A DNA stretch of 62,973 nucleotides, the filler included, from Octopus bimaculoides (taxonomy: Eukaryota), in assembly GCF_001194135.2 (NCBI RefSeq). It is 3 parts of 3 records of this genome, joined end to end, with 100 filler letters (N's around TTAATTAATTAA, not from the genome) between each part and the next. Parts side by side here need not be neighbours in the genome. Positions count along the whole stretch, not along the records: positions 45,822 to 62,973 come from NC_068986.1; 2 more parts are not named here. One strand, written 5' to 3'. This document shows, one piece after another, positions 51,334-62,973 of this stretch (position 1 is the first letter of the stretch; each line of letters opens with the position of its first letter). The translations under genes and the position numbers were made by a program. Under the pieces are notes generated by a model. It was not told where the DNA came from. It saw only the letters and a program-made list of their open reading frames with translations, and did no database searches.

Positions 51334-52583
51334 GTGCATCTTTCTGCTTGTACCAAAGCTTCAGTGGTGATTTTGGCTTCGTTGCACCTCTATGAATTAT
51401 TCACTTTCAAAAAATACAAGAATACAAAAAAAAAAACAGTAGTGTTGTGATTGGTTTGATCGACTAGGTGATGCCCCAGCATGGCCACTGACCAGTGAGT
51501 AAACCCCCCCATACACACACACAGACACACACACACATACAAAAATAGAGTTTTCTTTCATTTAATATCATGTGAGAATTAGGTGTTTGCAGTTGTCTGT
51601 GAAATATAAAAGGCGGTGCTCCAGCATGACCGCAGTCAAGATATATTCATGACTTTTTCGAATGTCTTGTTAAGGTTCTCTAACAGAATACGTTTGAAAA
51701 CCGCTGGTCTAGGAAATAAACTCTTCAGGATTTCACTAGATAAGTGTCAAGAAGTTTCTTTCGGGGATGGAAATCGTTCTGGGAATTTTTGAAACGCCTG
51801 TTATCTTCTATACATAAATCTCTTGAGAACTTTGGGAAAAAATGTGATTTAAGTGATACGAGTCTACTGTTGCTTATCAGCACTCTTTTGCCACCTTCAT
51901 GAATCATTTGTTTTATCGCTCCTTCAAGCATTATACGATTGTGTCCTCATGGGAATTCGTCTATTTTATGGGGATAGTGCGGTTGTATTTTATTGTATTT
52001 TTAAACGCTTACGCGAAGGATAATATTTGACAGATTTCGGTAAATCTGACTACAAAAATTCTATTTTTTTTTTCTCTCTCTCTTTCTCTCCAGGCGAAGT
52101 TCTTTGAAATTATCACTCTAATATATTTCTCGCTGTTTAGCATCAGTTATCTCGAAGTCAGCTTTGTGGAAGTTAATTTCTGAGAATGTAAACTTGCATT
52201 TTTGCGATTTCGGATTTCGAACGTATTCCTCTATCAAACATAGGGAGCTATATAAATATTATGGTCTGCGAAAGAAGATATGGTTATGATCTAACACATC
52301 TGTATTGTCCGTAGATGTAAGGTATATCGTTACATTTGTGTATAGTTAATACATAAAGTTGTTATATAAAAATGTTTTAGGTAGTCTTAATTCTTGCCAA
52401 CATTTCCGTTCAATTTGTAAATAAAATTCTCGAAATGATGTATTATGCAATCTACTCTACTCTCAGAAAGTTCATGTCCCTAATGAGGAAGATGTTGATG
52501 TATATTTCTGCATCTCAGAGAAATTTCCTTATATTTGTCAAAAGATTCTGAAACCCAAGTGCCATAAGGGACAACTACGATAG

Positions 52584-52914
52584 GCTCAGACGTGGCTGTG
52601 TGGTAAGAAGCTTTCTTCCCAGCCACGTGGTGCTGGGTTCAGTCCCACTGTGTGGAATCTTAGGCAAGTGTCACCTAACATAGCCCCGGGTCGACCAAAG
52701 CCTTGTGAATAGATTTGGTACACGGAAACTGTAAGAAGCACATCGTGTAGACGTAGGAGTGACTGTGTGGTAAGTAGCTTGCTTACGAACCCTATGGTTC
52801 CGGGTTCAGTCCCACTGCGTGGCACCTTGGGCAAGTGTCTTCTACTATAGCCTCGGGCCGATCAAAGCCTTGTGAGTGGATTTGGTAGACGGAAACTGAA
52901 AGAAGCCTGTCGTA

Positions 52915-52956
<42 letters not shown>

Positions 52957-53332
52957 CAACATCACTTGACAATCGATGGTGGTGTGTTTACGTTCCCGTA
53001 ACGTAGCGGTTCGGCAAAGTAAACCGATAGAATAAGTACTAGGCTTACAAAGAATAAGTCCTGTGGTCGATTTGCTCGACTAAAGGCGGTACTCCAGCAT
53101 GGCCACAGTCAAATGACTGAAACAAGTAAAAGAGTAAAAGATATATGAAGATATATACCTGACAATTGGGTTTGTTTATGTCCCCGTAACTTAGCGGTTC
53201 GCCAAAAAGAGATCAATAAGATATGTACCAGGCTTTAAAAAAATTAGTACTAGAGTCAACTAAACCTTTGAAGATGGTGCCCCAGCATGGTTGCAGTGCA
53301 ATGATTGAAACAAGTAAAAGATTAAAGATAAG
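52584..53332 (+). mobile_element. SINE family C, older copy split by a nested copy (head 52584-52750, tail 53141-53332)
   Basis: The head ends at GAAACTGTAAGAAGCACATCGTGTA, where the internal microsatellite normally starts; the tail resumes at the TA tract and GTTTATGTCCCCGTAACTTAGCGGTTCG. Confidence 0.9.
52751..53140 (+). mobile_element. SINE family C, younger full-length nested copy
   Basis: Complete head, CORE-like segment, (TA)n and tail GACTGAAACAAGTAAAAGAGTAAAAG. Confidence 0.95.
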
Positions 53333-53782
53333 AAATTGAGTCCGAAAGTCGATAGCTGACATAGCATAAATTGAATATAAACATGCCGCCATATAAAGTT
53401 GTATGCCGCACAGATTATGAGTAACTCACAGAACATCCTATAAGGCTCAAGGCGCACTCACATAGAGAGATCACTCAGGAGATACAGAACTATTGCAACG
53501 TGATCTATGAATCGTTGATCTGATCAATTAATTGTAAAACCTGGTGAAAACCTTGGATGCATTGTTTTTTCTGACCAAAGACATACTTCTGTTTAAACAA
53601 TTGCGATTACATGTTGTGTGCTTCGTCATGTGTTGAGCCATTGACTTCTTGTTGGAGTTACAGGGATGCTGGTTGAGCATACGCAGGCCCTAAGCATGTA
53701 AATGATTTTGGTGTCTCCATACAAAATGAAACAAAACTATCAGTAAGATAGAAGATGATATCTTTTTATGTATACTTCAATT

Positions 53783-54140
53783 TTATTGCCTCCGCCTTAG
53801 TGAAGGTGGAGGTAGTGTTTCCAGTCGTGTTTGCTTGTTTCTTTGTCTGTGAACAAGGTATCTCAAGAACCGCTGGATATTTGGTCTCGTGACTGGCACA
53901 AACTGAATAAATTTTGGGATCGATCGATCCTGTACCGTACAAGGATTCTGGATTATTTTTCCTGTTTTTTTTTTTTTACTTAATGTTTGAGAGCGGTCGG
54001 GCTCATTTTTAGTATTCTCGTTTGTGAGAGCAGTCGAGTTTATTTAAGATATTCTCATTTTAAAAATTATCTCTGGTTTATATTTGAAAAGTTTCTACTT
54101 TGTATTTGATTGTAAAATATTTGATCTGATCCTCATTATG
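53783..54140 (+). mobile_element. Non-autonomous DNA element, HINE/DINE-1-like (Helentron-associated) or Crypton-like; right boundary uncertain
   Basis: Starts TTATTGCCTCCGCC; terminal hairpin CCTCCGCCTT-AGTG-AAGGTGGAGG (53789-53812), then a degenerate GTTT/CTGT microsatellite, the layout of DINE-1/HINE elements. Confidence 0.5.
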
Positions 54141-54344
54141 ACATCATGAACACTTCGAAATTATATTTCCGATCAAATAAACTACTTCGAATATTATTTT
54201 AACAAGTTTAAAGCAAATTTCTTTTGTGCCTTAAGGCATTTTCCATTTTTTCCCCCAGAATGACAGACAAGAGAGGAAGAAAAATAATTGGAAAAATGTA
54301 CAGAAATTATAATTTATATGTTGACTCGGAAAAAAATGAAGAAC

Positions 54345-54425
54345 AATGTTGACCGTGATGAGATTTGAACTCAGAGCTCACAAACGATTACTACATAGAA
54401 ATTTATCTGATACTCTAACGACGCG
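54345..54425 (-). mobile_element. SINE-B head fragment
   Basis: GTTGACCGTGATGAGATTTGAACTCAGA ... ACTCTAACGA. Confidence 0.5.
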
Positions 54426-54757
54426 GTTTGATGAAATTTTGTATCAGTTCCTTCGACTGTAGATGCCTTGGACATTCTAAAGAATTAATAACGTGGTTAT
54501 GGTATACTTGATGCAATGTATCGTTAAATTAGTTGCAGAATGTACAGTATAGTATTTGTCTCCGTAAGTATTCCGGGAATTACTTGTTCCGTATTTGCTG
54601 TTACAGTCTGTCAAGCCTGATAGAGCATGCGTATGATGGTTAATGTTTTATCCAAAACATCCTGCTGTTCTTGAAGTATCGTGGTATATATTCACTTCTT
54701 CAAGGCGATAGGATGCAATTGAAAGGAAATTTTGCTGCTATTGCTAGCAAGTACATC

Positions 54758-55156
54758 GTTGTTGTTGTTGTTATTGTTGGCACCCCGTCGCTTACGTCGT
54801 CGAGGGTTCCAGTTGATCCGATCAGCGGAACAGCCTGCTCGTAAAATTAACACACAAGTGGCTGAGCACTTCACAGACACGTGTACCCTTAACGTAGTTC
54901 TCGGGGATATTCAGCGTGACACAGTGTGACAAGGCTGACCCTTTGAATTACAGGCACAACAGAAATAGGAAGAAAGAGTGAGAGAAAGTTGTGGTGGAAG
55001 AGTACAGAAGGGTTCGCCACCATCCCCTGCCGGAGCCTCGTGGAGCTTTAGGTGTTTTCGCTCAATAAACACTCACAACGCCCGGTCTGGAAATCGAAAC
55101 CGCGATCCTATGACCGCGGGTCCACTACCCTAACCACTGGGCCATTGCGCCTCCAC
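54758..55156 (-). mobile_element. tRNA-derived SINE family A with TSD
   Basis: Reverse complement of 48446-48846; direct repeat GCAAGTACATC at 54747-54757 and 55160-55170. Confidence 0.97.
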
Positions 55157-56599
55157 ATTGCAAGTACATCAACCATGTAAAATATTTCCTCGTGGCTCTT
55201 TCCGTAGCTAAGTCGATGTTACAGTATTTTTAAAAGGATTTTGTTTGAGTTGTCTGCTTGCTTTTTGTGAAATGACTGTGTATCTGGTTTGTCCGTATGC
55301 TAATATAGAGGAGAATAATCAAGCCTTAGATTATATTTAATTCATTTATCTACTGTAAATATGTTAACTGGCGCCTTTCCTCTGAATGTATATGTCAGCG
55401 TTTCGTTTTACATCATTTAACCTTTCTTTAGAAGTAGCCAAGTAAATAAACATTATTCGTTGAGACAAAATATTGGCAGTGAGTACCTGCAGTGGGCAAA
55501 GTTTCCTTGTTATTTATGTGGTGGCAGCAGGCTTGTGAGGTTTTTATCGTCGCTGATATAATTCTAGGCTTCTTGTCAGAGAGTTTCGTTTATTAATTTC
55601 TTTTCCGTCTTCGGAATTATTTTTGTTTTCGTGTCTGATGGCGTATTTTATTACAACACAATACCACTATGACAGAGTGTATAGAAAAAAAAATGAGTCA
55701 CTAAACTGTGTAGGTGGATCAGTTGTAGCGAGATTACATGTCAACGGCTACTGAATCAAAGGCAAATTATGGCAGTCATAGATAATTTTGATCGTCACTT
55801 GAAGACATGCTGAGAAAATGTTTATGAGTATTCCAGTGTATGTTTTTGACCAGATAATAGACTCGTTATATTTCAATAAATTTTTGTTTCGTTTATTTAC
55901 TTTCACGATCTCTATAGCAGCTTAGGAGTTAAAGTGAGACAAAGATATTATATGATGAACCGTCTGACATAATTTTTTTTTGAGTAAAGTCAATGTTTTA
56001 GCCGTCTGTAGTCTGTCTATACTTTTATTTATTTATTTTGGCAGACACATTGAACATTTCCACGCGTACGAGTTAGCCATATTGTGCCAGTTAACAAATA
56101 AATATGGTACCTTAGTGTCCTTGTTCAGTAATGAATGTACTACCACTGGGTCTTATGTGTATTTAATGAAGTTATGCTTGTGTTGTTTCTCTGTTAGGTA
56201 ATATGCATTTATTAGTTTTTTAAAAAAATGTTATTAAATTTGTGGCAACATCAAAGAGACAATTTGTGCATTCGTTATGCAAATATCAGAGGAAAATCGT
56301 ATGTGTTTCTGTGCATCAAATATTGAATATTTAGAGTTCAAAATATTATGTACTTACAGGAAAAAAGTCTCTAACTGACGGATTAACTTCCTTCAGTTGT
56401 TCACTATAAAAATAAATATCACTAACTCTCACACACACGCGCGCGCGCGTTCTAACGAAGCCAGACTCACACAAAGAGATTACCACTGACACGACGCAGA
56501 AAGAGACATACAATTTTTTGAGGATAAACATAATTTTATGCTCTCACCTAAACGTTTCGTGTGCTCGCCTTTACAGCAAACTATACTTGAAACCGAGTC

Positions 56600-56692
56600 A
56601 GTAACAACAAACAACAACAACAATAGCAACAACAACAACAAACAACAACAACAATAACAACAACAACAACAAACAACAACAACAATAACTAC

Positions 56693-56733
<41 letters not shown>

Positions 56734-56739
56734 GGAATA

Positions 56740-56779
<40 letters not shown>

Positions 56780-56849
56780 GGAGGAGGAAACTCCAAAATG
56801 GCAGAAATTCATAAGATAGTACCGAGTCGATAATAATAATAATAATAAT
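56600..56849. repeat. Compound (CAA)(TAA)(TGA)(GGA)(TAA) triplet tract
   Basis: Read directly. Confidence 0.95.
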
Positions 56850-57067
56850 NNNNNNNNNNNNNNNNNNNNNNNNNNNNNNNNNNNNNNNNNNNNNNNNNNN
56901 NNNNNNNNNNNNNNNNNNNNNNNNNNNNNNNNNNNNNNNNNNNNNNNNNNNNNNNNNNNNNNNNNNNNNNNNNNNNNNNNNNNNNNNNNNNNNNNNNNNN
57001 NNNNNNNNNNNNNNNNNNNNNNNNNNNNNNNNNNNNNNNNNNNNNNNNNNNNNNNNNNNNNNNNNNN

Positions 57068-57401
57068 CTAAAAGAAATGGAAAAACTTTCAAAATATAAA
57101 GACCTGGAAATAGAGATAACTCGAATGTGGAATCTAAAAACAGAAACAATTCCTATCATAGTAGGTGCCTTAGGTATAATAAAAAAATATTCAGACAAAT
57201 ACATAACAAAAACACCAGGACTTACAAATATATATAACATACAGAAAATTGCACTACTGGGTACTACACACATTCTACGCAAAACACTTTCAATACAGTA
57301 AACATAAGAGCACCACAGCAAACCACAGCACATACCCAAGGTGCACAGAACTGCGCTCGGTAGTGAAATGAAAGCACGTTATAAAAATAAAACTACTGAA
57401 C
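57068..57401 (+). mobile_element. 3' end of an RLE-type non-LTR retrotransposon (R4/Dong-like): endonuclease C-terminus plus ~100-bp 3' UTR
   Basis: KEMEKLSKYKDLEIEITRMWNLKTETIPIIVGALG..IQKIALLGTTHILRK* fits the EK..KY..L..E..R.W..PIVIGALG restriction-like endonuclease tail. (AAT)n lies on both sides (56830-56849, 57402-57433); 5' part is in the gap. Confidence 0.88.
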
Positions 57402-57434
<33 letters not shown>

Positions 57435-57436
<2 letters not shown>

Positions 57437-57612
57437 TTCCAATTTCGGCACAAAGACTGCAATTATAGAGTGGGGTTAGTCATTTACAGCGACCACATTA
57501 CTCAACTGGTACTTATTTTATCAAACCCGAGAAGATGAAACGCAAAATCAATCTAGGTGCAACTTGAATTCAAAATATTAAATGCAATAGCACCCGATCA
57601 GCTAAAGATTTT
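57435..57612 (-). mobile_element. SINE family B, degenerate
   Basis: AATTTCGGCACAAAG ... TCAACTGGTACTTATTTTATC ... GATGAAACGCAAAATCAA. Confidence 0.7.
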
Positions 57613-57814
57613 CTAGATTTTACTTCCAGGTTTTGCCTTGAATTTGATAAAGCATGAAATTTAGTTCATGGCGACAAGCTGAGATGAACGTTGATTTTGT
57701 GTATAAGATTAGAGAGAAGGTATTTGAGCACATAATAATGCTTAATCAAATATCTGTCACACACATACTTCAAGAGCAGAGAATTCGAGCAACTGAGTAA
57801 TCATCTTTGAAATA

Positions 57815-57850
<36 letters not shown>

Positions 57851-57860
57851 NNNNNNNNNN

Positions 57861-57895
<35 letters not shown>

Positions 57896-58476
57896 GTGCA
57901 TAGATATGCATATACATATATGTACATATACATATATATTATATATACTATTAATAATATTTTATATATGTGGTGTGTCGATGATGTCTCTGTGTAAAGG
58001 TGTATGTGTGTGTATATGTACGCAAGTAAATGTGAGAAAGCGACAAGAAACAGGCAGATTATTTGTAAGACAATGAAAAAAACATTTAAAATAAAAATTA
58101 AAGTGGAAAAGGGGTGAGCAGGATGAAAAATGGTAAGGGTCAGAGAAAGAGAGGTAGATAGACAGAGGTAAATCGAAAGCAAGAGAGAGAGAGTGAGAGA
58201 GAGATGATGTATATTAAGAAAACAAAACGAAAAACAAATGTTGAACATTAACGATAAATTTGTGAATACAAATAAAAAAGGCGAGGATCGATTCTGGAAC
58301 TAGAAATAAGAAAAAATAACGGTAAAGAAAACAGCAGTTTGACATATCAGATGAGTGGATATATAATGTTATTTGACCCAGTTGTTAGACATTTAAAACT
58401 GATGTTCGCTGTGTAAATATGTATAGAAGCGAATATATGTGTGTATGTATTCATGTATACGTTTGCATGTCCGCTC

Positions 58477-58522
<46 letters not shown>

Positions 58523-59191
58523 NNNNNNNNNNNNNNNNNNNNNNNNNNNNNNNNNNNNNNNNNNNNNNNNNNNNNNNNNNNNNNNNNNNNNNNNNNNNNN
58601 NNNNNNNNNNNNNNNNNNNNNNNNNNNNNNNNNNNNNNNNNNNNNNNNNNNNNNNNNNNNNNNNNNNNNNNNNNNNNNNNNNNNNNNNNNNNNNNNNNNN
58701 NNNNNNNNNNNNNNNNNNNNNNNNNNNNNNNNNNNNNNNNNNNNNNNNNNNNNNNNNNNNNNNNNNNNNNNNNNNNNNNNNNNNNNNNNNNNNNNNNNNN
58801 NNNNNNNNNNNNNNNNNNNNNNNNNNNNNNNNNNNNNNNNNNNNNNNNNNNNNNNNNNNNNNNNNNNNNNNNNNNNNNNNNNNNNNNNNNNNNNNNNNNN
58901 NNNNNNNNNNNNNNNNNNNNNNNNNNNNNNNNNNNNNNNNNNNNNNNNNNNNNNNNNNNNNNNNNNNNNNNNNNNNNNNNNNNNNNNNNNNNNNNNNNNN
59001 NNNNNNNNNNNNNNNNNNNNNNNNNNNNNNNNNNNNNNNNNNNNNNNNNNNNNNNNNNNNNNNNNNNNNNNNNNNNNNNNNNNNNNNNNNNNNNNNNNNN
59101 NNNNNNNNNNNNNNNNNNNNNNNNNNNNNNNNNNNNNNNNNNNNNNNNNNNNNNNNNNNNNNNNNNNNNNNNNNNNNNNNNNNNNNNNNNN

Positions 59192-59258
<67 letters not shown>

Positions 59259-60305
59259 TGCATATATACATAGGTATGCACATACACATTTATCATAAAT
59301 TGGTCCATTTCTATGATATTTTGAAAGGATCTGAACAGTGCTGTTGGAGGAATGAATGATAGGAGTAGGGAGGTTGTTGCGGTGATTGGGGCGTGAAGAA
59401 ATAGGCGATTCTATATTCATTCTAAACAACGCCACAGGGGAGTTGTAGTGAGAGAGAGTGAATTTTTTGCAGCTCAATGCAATAAAGCATTGTGTTGCTT
59501 ACTAATAGCTAGTGCATTTATATGTGTACATATATATACATATTTATAATGTATGTATATGTGTGTGTGTATATGTATGTATATGTGTACAAAAAATAAC
59601 TACAAAAATAACATATATATTATGTACACACATATTGTGTATTCGTGTATGCATATATACGTAGAAATATGTGAAGGCATATCGAATGTATGCATGTACG
59701 TATGTATGTATGTATGTATAGATAAATAGTGAGTGAGTGAGAGACAAAGAGAGTGAGAGAGACAGGCAGAGAGAGAGAGAGAGTGAGAGAGAGTAAAAAA
59801 ATGTATACACACATATATAAGTATGTATACGTAGAATGAGTGCGTATCAATATGGCGGTGTGTACATATGTCTTAGTACATATGTTCTACGTAAAAGATA
59901 GCGAATATGTACACAAACACACACACACACATAAATATATATATATATATGCACACATACACACATATGCACACATATGCACACACGCAGGCACTTATAC
60001 ACACATACACACACACGCGCACAGATTACACATGCGTACACTGCTTGTATGATCTTAATAGAAAGGTAAAATTGCTGAGTAATACGTATTTCTTCTCATC
60101 AGCAAATATAATTTATCAACGTGGATATCATTTTCATCAACAGCAACAGCAGCAGCAACAACCACAAGAACAATGTCAATGACGATATCTGTAACAGCAA
60201 TGGTGCCAAAAGTTTTGTGACAAGCTGATTTGTCAATAGAATTGGTAAAGGCTTCAGGAGAGGAACGTATGTTGAGAAACACGTTGATTTAGCGTTTATG
60301 TTTGG

Positions 60306-60660
60306 CTTTTACTTGTTTCAGTCATTGGACTACAACCATACCTTGAAGTGTTTTGATGAACAGATCGGTACCAAGGCTTGTTTTTATTTAAAGCCGAACA
60401 CACACACATACACGCACACACGTACACGCACAGACACAGATATACAGACAGACACACGCACACTCACACCCGTACCCACACACGCTCACACACACAACAA
60501 GTTTTTTTCAGTTTCCTTCAGCAAAATACATCCACATGGCATTGGTCGGCCCGGGGTTATAAAAATAAGACACTTTCCAAAGATACCATGCAGTGGGACA
60601 GACCCCCAGAATATTGTGATTTGGAAGTAAACTTCTTAGTACACAGCCACGCCTACGCCT
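60306..60660 (-). mobile_element. SINE family C, diverged, with an expanded (CA)-type internal tract
   Basis: TTTTACTTGTTTCAGTCATT tail; TTGGTCGGCCCGGGG..GACACTTTCCAAAGATACCATGCAGTGGGAC head. Confidence 0.8.
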
Positions 60661-61223
60661 GTATACATACATACATACATACATACATACACACACGCAC
60701 ACACATATACACATATTATCTTAATATAACCTGAGTATAAAAAAATCTTATAGCGTGCTTTCAAGAGCTCTTCAACCGATATCGGCTGTCAAATGCTATT
60801 ATACAGTGCGACGTATGTTGTCACTGGATATACTTGTGGAAATCCTTAAACATCCTTAGATTACATACAAAAACTATTAGTGAGAAAAGATGGATTGAAC
60901 AGTTTTCTTTTTTTACATATCTCTGCAATTGTTTTAATGCATCATTAGCATTTGTTTACTGCTGAATGTTATATGTCTTATGAAAAACATTTTTGATCTA
61001 CTCACCCGAAGAGATGCATCTGTTACTATTGCTGAGTTATATTAATTAGTGCAGTGTTGTTTATACTATATGTAACATTTATCAATGAGTCAATGTGTTG
61101 AAACGATTGTAGAGAATAAAACAAAAACATGTTCAATCCATCTTCTTATATCAATATATTTGTATAGACATTACATATACACATATGCATACAAATATAC
61201 ATATATATATCTGTATATATATA

Positions 61224-61316
<93 letters not shown>

Positions 61317-61980
61317 CTACATACATAAATACGTGTACGCACAAAAGGATATATATCATAATATGTAATAATAGAACGTGAAAATTATGTGTGTGAGTGT
61401 ATGTGTGTGTATGCATATATTATTAATCTACATATGTAGATATATGTATACATATGCACATTATATTGTATATATTATATATATACATATACAATATACA
61501 TATGTGTACATATATATATATCTGTGTATATATATATATATATATATATNNNNNNNNNNNNNNNNNNNNNNNNNNNNNNNNNNNNNNNNNNNNNNNNNNN
61601 NNNNNNNNNNNNNNNNNNNNNNNNNNNNNNNNNNNNNNNNNNNNNNNNNNNNNNNNNNNNNNNNNNNNNNNNNNNNNNNNNNNNNNNNNNNNNNNNNNNN
61701 NNNNNNNNNNNNNNNNNNNNNNNNNNNNNNNNNNNNNNNNNNNNNNNNNNNNNNNNNNNNNNNNNNNNNNNNNNNNNNNNNNNNNNNNNNNNNNNNNNNN
61801 NNNNNNNNNNNNNNNNNNNNNNNNNNNNNNNNNNNNNNNNNNNNNNNNNNNNNNNNNNNNNNNNNNNNNNNNNNNNNNNNNNNNNNNNNNNNNNNNNNNN
61901 NNNNNNNNNNNNNNNNNNNNNNNNNNNNNNNNNNNNNNNNNNNNNNNNNNNNNNNNNNNNNNNNNNNNNNNNNNNNNNNN

Positions 61981-62056
<76 letters not shown>

Positions 62057-62554
62057 TGTGTGTAAATATCCGTACACAAACGAACGGACGGATACACCGA
62101 AGGATAAGCTGACGAAATGTGCAAGGCTACTGGAACGCTGTGTTATTTAGCTAAAATGCTATCAAAACGTCAGTAATGCTCTGTGCTGATAATATTGAAA
62201 TGTCATTCATTGAGATTTTCGCTTTCATTCCAGAATTCCTTATCTTTTACAGATCGAGCGGATTAATATTTGCATAGGTCCAACTATTATGGTTGAAAAG
62301 AAGGTTCTGTTTTAAAGATATGCTTAAATGGGCACGTTGTGCATAAAGTCAGGCATGCATACATACATATATGTACATCTGGACACGAATATTCATGCAT
62401 ACATACACATATACATAAATATTTACATGATAGTCGATATAATACAGATGTATGTATGTCTCTGCGTGTGTATGTATGTGTGTGTGCGTGTATGTATGTG
62501 TGTATATATATACATGCATATATATACATATATATATATATATACACATATATA

Positions 62555-62935
62555 TCTAAATAATCGTATATATGTGTATCCTTGCGATAAAAGTGACACA
62601 CATGCGTACATATATAAAAATATATACATACATATATATATATATATATATGTGTGTGTATATGTATGAGTACCATATATATGTATGTGCATGTGTGCGC
62701 GTATATATATATGTATATTTGTGCACATGTATATATATGTATGTGTATGCACATAAATTCACACAAACACACACACAAATACACACACAAATACACACAC
62801 ACATATATATCCATACATGTGTATATATATATGCATATATATACATATATATACACATATATATCTAAATAGTCGTATATATGTGTATGTTTGCGATAAA
62901 AGTGACACACATGCGTACATATATAAAAATACATA
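62555..62935. repeat. ~75-bp direct repeat at 309-bp spacing within low-complexity DNA
   Basis: TCTAAATA(A/G)TCGTATATATGTGTAT..TTGCGATAAAAGTGACACACATGCGTACATATATAAAAATA at 62555 and 62864. Confidence 0.92.
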
Positions 62936-62973
62936 CATACATACATACATACATACATACATACATACATACA

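Noticed and set aside
52060-52185. Strong acceptor (long pyrimidine tract, CCAG|G), also TTTTCAG|A near 30896
   Set aside because: All frames close within 30 codons and there is no matching evidence; pyrimidine tracts are abundant here.
37025-60170. Apparent strand bias of CAG/CAA/CAT triplet tracts
   Set aside because: Opposite-strand tracts also occur (37025, 46150, 56735), so there is no consistent polarity.
1-62973. Most ORFs in the supplied six-frame track (YI-, CV-, HT-, LS-, poly-X-rich)
   Set aside because: They are translations of (TA)n, (TG)n, (CA)n, (CT)n, triplet tracts or N runs that lack stop codons; there is no domain content.

Overview
AT-rich, gappy eukaryotic genomic DNA dominated by microsatellites and interspersed repeats. 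The repeat families look like those of a coleoid cephalopod (Octopus-like); this is recalled resemblance, not a database hit. I can support no intact protein-coding gene, rRNA, tRNA gene or CRISPR array, and almost all supplied ORFs are translations of (TA)n/(CA)n/(GA)n/triplet repeats or N runs. Supported content: (i) three tRNA-derived SINE families, labelled here A (CAA tail, with TSDs), B (GTCGACTTTGCCTTTCATCC central domain) and C (CORE-like, with an internal microsatellite), about 30 copies or fragments in total; (ii) four decayed Tc1/mariner elements, including a DD41D (rosa-type) deletion derivative and an inverted fusion of two mariner 5' halves; (iii) a hAT-type MITE inside a degenerate ~31-bp minisatellite; (iv) the 3' end of an R4/Dong-type RLE retrotransposon in an (AAT)n tract; (v) weaker Penelope-like and HINE/DINE-1-like remnants; (vi) two artificial N44-TTAATTAATTAA-N44 scaffold joins, so the window is three separately assembled blocks. 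No new biological system is demonstrated. The best leads are repeated SINE-into-own-family stacking (four independent cases), a 66-nt strand-asymmetric pre-miRNA-like hairpin, a palindromic double B-box element, inverted SINE pairs as possible ADAR substrates, and a speculative spliced micro-gene at 6.7-7.0 kb.
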